Source: an uncultured Chloroflexia bacterium
GTDB taxonomy: Bacteria > Chloroflexota > Anaerolineae > Anaerolineales > UBA4823
Reading direction: 5' to 3'
Assembly (NCBI GenBank): GCA_963788305.1
Contig: CAWBGK010000003.1
Coordinates: 64,510-128,509, forward strand
DNA length: 64,000 bases
Translations under genes and position numbers: made by a program
Shown here: piece by piece, positions 30,625 to 39,569 of the stretch
Layout: every line of letters begins with the position of its first letter
Position numbering within the stretch: position 1 is the stretch's first letter
The notes under the pieces: generated by a model
What the model saw: only the letters and a program-made list of their open reading frames with translations
Told to the model about the DNA's origin: nothing
Databases searched by the model: none

Positions 30625-31371
30625 GAGCCTTCTGATCCGCTTTGGCGGTCCCCGCCGTCTCCCTGGATCCTGGGCAGCGCAGAGATCCATGTCTGGTGCA
30701 CCTCGCTTGACCTACCATCGCAGCGGGTTGATGAAATGGTGCAGACTCTTTCCGCTAATGAGCGCCAGAGAGCCGACATCTTCCATCTCGAACGAGAAAG
30801 GCAACGCTTCATCGTGGGGCGAGCTGTTCTCAGAAGAATTCTAAGCTTCTACCTGGAACTGGATCCAGACCAGGTGCAGTTCTGGTACGGACCGCGCGGC
30901 AAACCCTATCTGGCTTCGAGACACGGGAAAGTTAAGACCAGGATTCAACCTCGCTCACGCCGGTCCGCTTGCCCTTTTTGCTTTCAAAAACGACCAGGAA
31001 ATTGGCATCGATGTCGAGCTGGTGCGCCCCACTCCTGATATGGACTTAATCGCTTCGAGATTTTTCTCTCCATCCGAGAACAAAACTTATCAAGCTTTGC
31101 CTGAATCACCGGAAAGAGATGGGGTTCTATCGATCTTGGGTGCGTAAAGAAGCGTACCTTAAAGCACTGGGGGAATGGATTCTCACAGCATATGGAATGT
31201 GTTGACGTTTCATTGTTGTCCGTAGAACAAGTCCGACAGTTGAATACCGCTTGGGATCCTGATGAGCTAGACCGCTGGTCTTTGATCTCGTTCACCCCTT
31301 CACTCGGTTTTGTGGCAGCGCTTGCAGTACCAGGACATGATGATCACGCCATAACTTTTAAGTATGAATAA
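30625..31371 (+). pseudogene. Sfp-type 4'-phosphopantetheinyl transferase, at least 4 frame changes
   Basis: Pieces in three frames: ..SPPSPWILGSAEIHVWCTSLDLP..LSANERQRADIFHLERERQRFIVGRAVLRRIL..GPRGKPYL / ..FNLAHAGPLALFAFKNDQEIGIDVE.. / ..WVRKEAYLKALG.. / ..FVAALAVPGHDDHAITFKYE-stop. Confidence 0.65.
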
Positions 31372-31428
31372 CTGGCAGCGCCGCACGTGAGGACGTTTGC
31401 ACAACTCATCTGTCAAATAAAGTTAGCT

Positions 31429-32780
31429 GAGAGTGTTGAAAAACAAATTAGGAATTGACCTTTAGGCAGAAGTTTAATACAATCGCAGCATACTTCGACA
31501 AGGAGCAGCTCATGGAGAAGAAGCGGTTTGTAGAAACAGGTCGAGATTCCTTCTTCGGTGATTATTTATATGACCAGGTGGTCCCTCAAGATCATTTTCT
31601 GCGCAAGCTGAAGCAAGATATCGATTGGGGACGATTTACCCGCAGGCTGATCAGGCTGTACAAAGGGGAAGGCCTGGTAGGCAGACCGCCATTCGACCCG
31701 GCACTGGTTCTGAAGGTTGAATTGATTGCCTATCTGTACAACCTGTCTGAACGACAGGTGGAAGCGTACATCAATGAGAACCTACCAGCAAAATACTTTG
31801 TAGGATTAGCGGTAGATCAGAAATCACCAGACCATTAGACGCTGACTGTTTTTCGAGAACGGCTGCTGCAGCGCGGCAAGCTGAAAGTGTTCCAAGAGCT
31901 GTTGGATGAAATTGTACAGATTGCGCTTGAAAGCGGGATCAAGTTTGGCTCAATCCAGATCGTAGATAGTGTCCACAGCGCTGCAAATGTCAACACGGAT
32001 AAAGAGCACCGGCGAAAGAAGAAAGGGAAGGGCCCGCACGATCCGGATGCCCAGTGGGGTGTGAAGCACAAGCGCAAAGTCACAAATGGAGAAGGGAAAG
32101 AAGAAGAGCAAATCCAGTATTTCTACGGCTACAAAGCCCATGTTAGCCTGAATGCCGAAAATGGTTTGATCACCAGCCTGGAGACCAGCTCCGGCGAAGT
32201 TTACGATGGTCATCACTTCTGTTCGCTGGTGGATCATGATCTCGAACAGAAATCTGCCGCTAGAGACCTATACAGCGGATAAAGGTTATGATGATGGCGC
32301 CAATCACTACTATCTGGAAGTACACCAGCTGCATTCAGCGATCCGGCTAAGAAACTCGTACGCACAAGAAAGATCATAACAAGCAGGTCTGGCTGGACCT
32401 GGAGCGAACGCCGCAATATCGGCAGGGATTGAAGGAGCGTTACAAGATTGAACGTAAGTTTGGTGAAGCCAAGCAGGGGCATGGCTTGGGACGCTGTCGA
32501 TATGTGGGGAAAGCAGGATTTGCGGTGCAGGCTTTTCTGACTGCTATTATGCTCAATCTCAAACGGATCATAAAATTGGTGACTGGTGTGGGCTTCAAAG
32601 TACAGGTTGTTTCCAATGCTTAGCCAGGGGTGAATTGTCAGTGTTGCCCGAAAGCAGACAATAAGGAGCCAATAAAAGGTCAATTTCAAGTGAAAAAGAT
32701 GCGTTTTTATCGATGATCCCTGGTCAAAATGCACTTCATTAGCCAGCTTCGGTTGAATTCATGTATTTATCAACACCCTC
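31429..32780 (+). mobile_element. IS5/IS1182-like insertion sequence, about 1.35 kb, inactive copy
   Basis: Imperfect terminal inverted repeats GAGAGTGTTGAAAAACAAAT..GGAATTGACC (31429-31460) versus the reverse complement of 32749-32780 (GAGGGTGTTGATAAAT..GAATTCAACC). They enclose a DDE transposase reading frame. No clear target-site duplication seen. Confidence 0.6.
31512..32623 (+). pseudogene. IS5/IS1182-family DDE transposase (DUF772 N-domain), in-frame TAG plus two frame changes
   Basis: MEKKRFVETGRDSFFGDYLYDQVVPQDHFLRKL..GRPPFDPALVLKV..PDH-TAG(31836)-TLTVFRERLL in one continuous frame. Frame changes at ~32260 (..TYTADKGYDDG..) and ~32365 (..KERYKIERKFGEAKQGHGLGRCRY..). Confidence 0.7.
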
Positions 32781-32984
32781 TATAAATCAATCGGTAATTT
32801 CCCTTTTCTCCCTTTGAATTAAGATCAACTCAACGACATCATTCATATTTATCTCAAACCGATAAAAAGGCAGGACAATCCAAACCTCTCAATTCGAGGA
32901 TTCGGACGGTTGGCGTTCAAGCTCGAGTTTTTTTCTCGCCGAAAGGTTAGTACAATTCTTGCAACTATATTCACAGAAAAAACC

Positions 32985-33678
32985 ATGAGACGCATTGACA
33001 GAATTGGCGGGATTTTAGCTGGGATCAGCCTTTCTTTTATTATTTTCATATTTGCATTCAATTGGAGCACACGTTCACCAGAAACGCAGGTCAAGGCTGG
33101 TTCATTGGCCTCCCAAAAGCCGGTAAATGGCTGGTATGTGTGTGGGAATCTGGGTATAGGCCCGGTCCCGGGTGTACCAGAACCGCGCCAGCGCCTCAAA
33201 TTGTGCCATGATAGCGGTTGGGTAGCCTATACCTACTGCACCCAGCCAGGTCTGCCAGTCCCGCCGATGGGTAGGCGCTGCACTCGAAATCAGCGACGAT
33301 ACCTATCGATGCGGAGCCCTCTACCAGCGCTTGCGCGAGTATCGCATCGTACAAACACCCGTCGAGACAAATACTCCCACAACCACGCCCACGCCAACCG
33401 CCAGTCCAACTCCTACGATTACTCCCAGCCTGACTCCCACGATTACTGCGAGTCCGACTCCAACACAGACTGCAAGCCCGACTCCAACACTGACTGCAAG
33501 CCCGACGATGTACCGCTGGATTGCCTCTCCTACGCCTACAAGCGGACCGCGCGTAAACCCCGGTGGGGAAGGCAATTCCACAATGTTGCGAGCGCTGATC
33601 GTTGTCGAGACAGGCTTATTAATTATCTCGGCATTTATAGGGGTTTGGATTATGCGGGGCTTGAAAAAGCTCCGTTGA
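32985..33678 (+). CDS. membrane/surface protein: N-terminal TM anchor, Cys-containing domain, Thr/Pro-rich linker, C-terminal TM helix + basic tail; frame change near 33280
   Basis: MRRIDRIGGILAGISLSFIIFIFAF.. (frame of ORF 32910..34580) joins ORF 33331..33678 (..TPTTTPTPTASPTPTITPSLTPTITASPTPTQTASPTPTLTASPT..NPGGEGNSTMLRALIVVETGLLIISAFIGVWIMRGLKKLR-stop). Confidence 0.4.
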
Positions 33679-33692
33679 CTCGCACCAAGCGC

Positions 33693-34580
33693 ATGCCATT
33701 TCCTGAACTATTTCGCTTTTTTTCCATCTCCAGGTTCAAGTGGATCGGGATAGTGTTTATTGCCCTATTGCTCGACCTGCTGATTAACCTGGTTTTATTC
33801 TCCGCCAGACCTGATCTGTTCTTGAAGAACAAACCTGATCCGGTTGAAGTCACGCCGAGGGTCATAAGCCTTTGGTCTCCAATCGGCACACCGTATCAGC
33901 CGCTGCCTCCAACCCCATCCTTACATGCGCCTACCTCCATAAATGCCTTGAGTACACCTTTCCCAGAGCCTTCAACCAACTTTTTTGGCATCGATTTCCG
34001 CCCGGGAGCGGCTCGCATAAAAATTCTCGTCCGACCCCAAACTGACAGGCTCAACGACGGAAAACCGATCACCATTGAGGTTAATCCGGGCAGCTCCTGC
34101 CATTATCAGGATCACCGCGCCTGCGTCAGCGCCTTCCGTCAAGGCAGATCTGGAAATGTCATCTTCATCAGCGTGCACTCGGGAATCGGTGGAGAAGCAG
34201 AAGTCTACCGGCGAGCCATAGAAGGAATGGGGCTGGACCAGGCTGGCTTCTCGATCAAGCTGATTCGCTCAAATCTGGCGAGGTTGGAAAACGCTCCGGT
34301 CCAAATCAGACAGGGGGACCGGATTGTGGGCGGCTTGAAACTGGCGGCAGCCATGCGAGTACCGCCAGGGCTGCTCCAGGATTATTTCAACGGCTCCGTC
34401 GAGCAGGCCATAGCACTCGCCGCTTCGGTTAATCCAAACCTGGGTGATTATCCTGATCCAGAAACCCAGCTGTTAGTTTTTGAAACTTGTGGCTGGAAGC
34501 AGCCCGACGAGCCGTGGATGCCGGGAGTTTCCAGCACTACCGGCTCTGTTTATCTCGGTGTGATCCAGTCCGAACCATAA
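33693..34580 (+). CDS. N-terminally membrane-anchored extracytoplasmic protein of unknown family (His...Thr-Cys arrangement)
   Basis: The ATG at 33693 lies 14 nt after the preceding stop. TM helix FKWIGIVFIALLLDLLINLVLF, Pro-rich linker, then a ~200-aa domain with ..VIFISVHSGIGG.. and ..ETQLLVFETCGWK.. near the C-terminus. No RBS seen, so the start is uncertain. Confidence 0.4.
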   Translation: MPFPELFRFFSISRFKWIGIVFIALLLDLLINLVLFSARPDLFLKNKPDPVEVTPRVISLWSPIGTPYQPLPPTPSLHAPTSINALSTPFPEPSTNFFGIDFRPGAARIKILVRPQTDRLNDGKPITIEVNPGSSCHYQDHRACVSAFRQGRSGNVIFISVHSGIGGEAEVYRRAIEGMGLDQAGFSIKLIRSNLARLENAPVQIRQGDRIVGGLKLAAAMRVPPGLLQDYFNGSVEQAIALAASVNPNLGDYPDPETQLLVFETCGWKQPDEPWMPGVSSTTGSVYLGVIQSEP

Positions 34581-34616
34581 CCAGGATTTTCAAGCAGGCT
34601 GCAATCCACAGGAGAT

Positions 34617-34979
34617 TTACTGGGGATGTGCGATTTCCGCGGCAGCCCGAAGAAGCGCGGTGAGCGCGGGATCTTCGAGCTCGCCAGGCTCCCGGATCTT
34701 GATATGTCGATGGACTTTTCCTCGACCTTCCAACAGCCCAGTTGGATCCCTCAGAGCCGCTCCGTGTGCGATCCCTAGCCGAACATAAACCGGGAAAGGC
34801 GTAATTACAAAGACCAGGCCTTTATATCCCGTTCCAAAACCCAACCCGATATCCCCACCTTCGACGGTCACGACTGGATTGGGAAGAGATATATGAATAA
34901 GAGTAATTAATCCCTTGACAATCTGCTGAATTTTGGGTTGATATGGAGCCAGAAGATCGTTTATTGATTGATCGCTCAT
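34617..34979 (-). CDS. DUF1801 (YdhG-like) domain protein
   Basis: ORF 34617..34994 with start likely at MSDQSINDLLAPYQPKIQQIVKGL... Overall pattern is DUF1801-like, recalled from memory. Confidence 0.45.
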   Translation of the reverse strand: MSDQSINDLLAPYQPKIQQIVKGLITLIHISLPNPVVTVEGGDIGLGFGTGYKGLVFVITPFPVYVRLGIAHGAALRDPTGLLEGRGKVHRHIKIREPGELEDPALTALLRAAAEIAHPQ

Positions 34980-35144
34980 AAAATGATTGTCCACATATTA
35001 TTCTTAGCGATTTCCTCGCCTGCTGTAAGGGCGACCTCCGTGGTCTAGATTGGAATCGTGGCGTATGAAACAAGGATCATACCCACCGAGGGATTTCCTG
35101 AAATTTTGGATTCCTTTGTTCAGTGTGGTAATTTAATCGGTATG

Positions 35145-35636
35145 TTATTTGATCTTGTGAAAACCGAGCGTGCGGAACATCACCCGCATCATCTTGTGAC
35201 CAAAATCCGGTTTCAGATATTGATTCGGGCATGCACCTGGGATTACTGAAATCCCATTGTCTTGGCACAATCGGACAGCCGCTTGCGAAACGCTGGTCAT
35301 ACTGGATGCCAAACCGGGCTTTGTGCCCATTAAGCAGTGCATCCAAACGTGTTTTATTCCCAGATCAACACATTCTTGGACGATTAACTCGGTGACTTTG
35401 GGATTGGCAAGAATGAACACGGCATCCGGCTTCTCTGGAATTGACTTAAGATCCGGGAAGCAGGGATCGCCTTCAAAAGTTGTCAAACGTGGATTGACAG
35501 CGCTGACGGAATATCCTTCAGATTTAAATTTGCGATAGCCCAGGTTGCAGCCCGTCTCACGCTTATCTGAAACGCCAATGACAGCAATCTTTTTCTGGGC
35601 GAGAAAGTCTTTTACGAGAGGTTCAATATTTGACAT
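35145..35636 (-). CDS. CoA-binding domain protein (YccU/YneT-like)
   Basis: ..KKIAVIGVSDKRETGCNLGYRKFKSEGYSVSAVNP.. Rossmann-like CoA_binding_2 pattern. The ATG at 35636 is preceded by GGAAGGAG. Confidence 0.65.
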   Translation of the reverse strand: MSNIEPLVKDFLAQKKIAVIGVSDKRETGCNLGYRKFKSEGYSVSAVNPRLTTFEGDPCFPDLKSIPEKPDAVFILANPKVTELIVQECVDLGIKHVWMHCLMGTKPGLASSMTSVSQAAVRLCQDNGISVIPGACPNQYLKPDFGHKMMRVMFRTLGFHKIK

Positions 35637-35962
35637 TTTTGCTCCTTCCTTCCCCCCTATTATAAGCATGAATAAAATAAAGCCGGTTTTTTGTTTCGAA
35701 TTTTCTGTTCAAAATTTTCTGGGGACCTCAAGAATGGTTTATTCGGATTGTTTTCGATATCATATGTGATCTCACGTTCCAACCCTTGATCCTGAGCCAA
35801 TCAAACCAGCCCGTTTCTCAGATTGGAATGCCTGTCGTTACGCGATCCGATATAAGCAGGGGCAACATGAAAAGACAGACAACTCCCAAAAACCGCATTC
35901 CCCGAGCCAACCCGGTGGTGTACGCTTGCATAATCAAAGGGGAAATAGGTTAAAATATATCC

Positions 35963-36686
35963 ATGAAATCTACTTTCCGCTCCATGCATCGCGTTCCTTC
36001 GAAAGGTAGCTTTTTTGATAAGCTGATCGATCCAATCGATCGGCTGTCTGAGACGATTTTCAGCATCCTGATCTTGCTGACCTATACGCTGGCATTCCAG
36101 ATCATCAGAACTCTCTGACAGCTCACCTTATGTTTCCTCGACGCAAAACGTGGATGATCTGCTGATCGGAGCTCTGGGAGCCATATTTGCCTGGGGAACA
36201 ATCGACGGTGTGATGTATGCATTGCTGACGGTTTTTCAACGCGGCGAAAGCCGCCGTTTGCTTCATAATATTGGAGCCGCAAAGAATGAGCAGGAGGCGT
36301 TGGATATCATCGCAGACGACCTTGATTACATCCTCGAGCCAGTTTCCGGAAAAAATGAGCGGCAGATTTTTTATAAAAGCATTCTGGTCTATCTTAAGGA
36401 CAGCCAACCGCGTACAATCAGGCTGACCGGAGAGGATCTTATTGGAGCGGTAGCGCACGTAATGGTGGCAATCCTTGCTGTGCTGCCGTCGCTGATCCCG
36501 CTTATTTTGGTGCGGGGCAATGATCAGCTTGCCATCCGGATCTCGAACTTCGTCTCATTCATCTTGCTTTTTATCGCTGGATATCGTTGGGGAAAATATT
36601 CAGGTATTAATCCGGTGAGAACCGGGCTGGTTTTGATGACGATAGCAGTGGCCATGGTTCTTGTCGCGATGCTATTAGGAGGTTAG
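35963..36686 (+). CDS. VIT1/CCC1-like (VIT family) membrane protein, frame change near 36115
   Basis: MKSTFRSMHRVPSKGSFFDKLIDPIDRLSETIFSILILLTYTLAFQ.. then ORF 36150..36686 (..DDLLIGALGAIFAWGTIDGVMY...LVLMTIAVAMVLVAMLLGG-stop) in another frame. Confidence 0.55.
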
Positions 36687-36700
36687 GATTGTAAAAGAAG

Positions 36701-36730
36701 ATCAGACCATCTAATAAAGAGTGGTCTGAT
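36701..36730 (+). terminator. stem-loop just after the VIT gene stop
   Basis: ATCAGACCA (36701-36709) pairs with TGGTCTGAT (36722-36730) around a 12-nt loop. No T-tract. Confidence 0.35.
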
Positions 36731-36907
36731 TGGTCGGGGACGCCACGAGAAAACCTAATAATGCCAGAGTCACGCCAACGTACTGACGCCTGCCTCAGAT
36801 TGATCTGGCCAGCAATTTGAACCGGTTGCTTAATAAGAAGCCTGCTTCAGCGTCCAGGAAAAAATAACAACAGGTAGAAAATAAATAGACTATAGCGATG
36901 GAAACGA

Positions 36908-36938
36908 GTGTCGGGACTCGTTCGACGAGTCCCGACAC
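36908..36938 (-). terminator. 13-bp perfect GC-rich hairpin downstream of the META-PKD lipoprotein gene
   Basis: GTGTCGGGACTCG (36908-36920), loop TTCGA, CGAGTCCCGACAC (36926-36938). It lies 14 nt after the minus-strand stop at 36952, between convergent genes. Confidence 0.6.
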
Positions 36939-36951
36939 CTGTGCATCTATG

Positions 36952-39410
36952 CTATTTGATCGTGATGGTATGCGTGGTGGTTACGGTCTTTCCGTTGTCA
37001 TCCATCACGGTCAGTGTAACGGTATAGGTACTTGGTTTTTCATACTGGTGCTGGACGGTCATACCGGTGCCTTTTCTACCGTCCCCAAAGTCCCAGGCAT
37101 ACCCGATGATGCTTCCACCAGAGGTGGAGCTGCTGGCTTCAAACTTGATCGGTTGGTCGACAGCCCCTTCAGTGGGAGCCTTGATAACCGCCTCGGGAGC
37201 AGCCGGTGGTTTTGCGGTCGGTTCCTCGGTTGGAGTGGGTTGTTCAGTCGGCTCTACCGTTGGCTCTGCAGTGGGTTTTTCGGTCGGCAGGGGCTCGACC
37301 GTCGGCCCCGATATCGGCACGTAGGTCGGCGTTGGGGTCGGGGGGATTGCTGTTGGTCCGGGGGGAAGTGGCGGGAGCGGCGTGGGGGGCACAATCGGTA
37401 CCAGTGGAGCCGGTGAGTTGTAGAAGACCAGCAGCCCGCTGCGCGTGCCGATCAGCAGCTGATTGGAAGCCAAGCTGAAGCTGTTTGCAGTCTGCAAGGC
37501 CGCCAGATATGCAGCTTCCTGATCCATCACCCCCGGCGGCTCTGGGCATAGGCTCATGGACGAAGCGATCTGGCCAAGCTGCAGTGAACCCGTGATCGGG
37601 GCGTTGTAGGTATTGCAGCCCGCGTTACCCGAGATCGTGCCAGTTTGTCCGTCGGCGTTGATGGCGAATTCTGCGGTGGTCTGTGTACCCGGCAAAACCG
37701 GCCTTGGGCCGATCATCACCAGCCACCAGCGGGTGCCGTTCAATGGGGTAAGCGGTCCTCCGCTGGGCGGGGGCGTCACCTGTGGCACATAGGCAGTAAA
37801 GTTGAGCGCCTGCCGGCCCTCGTCGTAAGGGATTTGCAGTGTATTTCCCAGGATGCGGTAGGTGGATGCGGCGTTCAAGCCCAGGAAGAACTGCTGCTCC
37901 TGCTCCCAGAAGGACGTCGGGCAGTTAGGGTTGTTAGTCTTGTTGGGCAGGTTGACCTTGAGCTCGTTCAGGTTAGCCAGGTAGGCAGCGTTGTAGTCGT
38001 TGCAGCCCGTAGAGCCTATGATCAGACCGGAGGGTCCTCCTTCCTGGGGAGTGAACTGGGCGGTGAAATCCCCACCCTGGGAAGGTATCGTGGGGCTGTT
38101 TACATCACCCATGGATGTCAGGCGCCAGGCAGTGCCTTCCAGGGGGGCGCGGTTGGCGCTGAACGTCAGCACCCCCTTCTCGGAGGTGATCACCAGCGTC
38201 TCGCCATATACCTGGTAGCTCTTAGCAGCTTCCAGAGTCTCCAGATAAGTGGCCTCAGCCTGCAACACATTATCAGGGCAGCGAATCTGGGTCGCTGACA
38301 GGTCGTCAATTTTGAGCACCTGCTGGTCGAGGCTGTAGCTGCCGCTATAGTTGTTGCACATGGCGACGCCGCCCAGCTTCCCGATGCCAGGCTCCGTCCC
38401 GGGCTCGAACAGGGCGGTGGTGGGTACCAGGCCTAGCCGGTTCACCTCGCTGTTTACAGTCACCAGCGTCCAGAGCACATTTTCAATGGGCATGTGCTGC
38501 GAAGTGAAGCGAAGCACTCCCTGTCCACCGCCGTAAGTGATCTCCAGGGTTCCATCGTTTATGGTGTAGCTTCCGGCTTCCGTCAGAGCTTGCATGTAGG
38601 CGGCTTCCTGCTCCATGCCTTTGGTGCAAGCTCGCATCGTGCTGGCGGGCATTTTGATTGCTATCCGGCCATCTTTGGCGACATACGAGGTCGTATAGAA
38701 GTTGCAGCCGGCTGCGCCGCTCAGGATTCCCTCTTCGGAGAACTGGGCGGTGATCAGTGTGCCCGCCTCCGGAGCCGATGGATTGTCGGGTTTGCCGAAT
38801 GATTCCAGCACCCACAGTGTGTCCACCAGCGATTTCTGGCTGGGCGTATACACCAGCTTTTTTTCATATACCGAGCTGGAGTCGTAGAAGATCTCGAGGC
38901 GGCCTGGGGGGTGAAGGCGATCTTATAGGCGCTTTGCAGCGCTGCCAGTAGGATCGCTTCCTGGTTCATGCCCTGCTCGCAAGCCATCATTGTGGATCCA
39001 AGCGGGCCAATCTTGATCTGTTCGCCATTCATTTCGTACGAGCCGAAGAAGTTGTTGCATCCAGCTGAGCCGTTCAGACTGCCGTCTTCCGCAAACTGCG
39101 CCGTTACGGTGGTGCCCGGTTCGATAACAGTCGGATTGCCGGCGTCGCCGTAGCCGAGCAGCAGCCAAAGTGGTCCGACCAGCTGGGCCGACAGGTCCAC
39201 CTCCGGTGCGCTTGCGACGACCGGCTCGGCGGTGGACTGCGGCTCCGGCTTGGTGGTGGTCGTGGCTGCAGGCGGTGGGGTTGGCGGGGCGGGGGGCTCC
39301 GTGGGCGCCGGGGCAGGTTGGCAGGCGGATATCAGAAGGGTAAATATCAAGCATAGACTACTCCCCAAAGCAATGTGAGAGGTTGTCATTTTTATATTGT
39401 TACTCATCAC
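36952..39410 (-). CDS. large secreted lipoprotein: five META (HslJ-like) domains, Pro/Thr/Glu linker, C-terminal PKD domain; frame change near 38905
   Basis: Lipobox ..SLCLIFTLLISAC (ORF 38754..39410), with GGAGG 5 nt upstream of the GTG start at 39410 (ATG at 39407 is the next codon). Five repeats of the ..W.L......G..T..F...G...G.(A/T)GCN.(Y/F)...Y......(I/L)....(M/L).(A/C).... type. C-terminal ..IIGYAWDFGDGRKGTGMTVQHQYEKPSTYTVTLTVMDDNG.. (PKD). Confidence 0.7.
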
Positions 39411-39569
39411 TCATACCTCCATGTAGTTATTCAACTTAGAAAACTCGGGTACAAACATCAAATTACGGGCTTTGTTGACCTTCCCAAGCCTATACCTCCT
39501 GGATCAAATTCACTTTATAGCTGCACGGTACACGAATAAAAATTATCGGTTGACTGCAACAGGATTGCG

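Noticed and set aside
31836-31838. In-frame TAG in the transposase as programmed read-through or recoding
   Set aside because: The same gene also has two frame changes, and TAG is used as an ordinary stop elsewhere in the window (for example the repeat micro-ORF). Simple inactivation or a base error is more parsimonious.
37645-38298. 217-aa plus-strand ORF (and several shorter ones) inside the META-PKD lipoprotein gene
   Set aside because: It is antisense to a gene with clear repeated domain structure, has no RBS, and has Arg/Gly-rich shadow composition.
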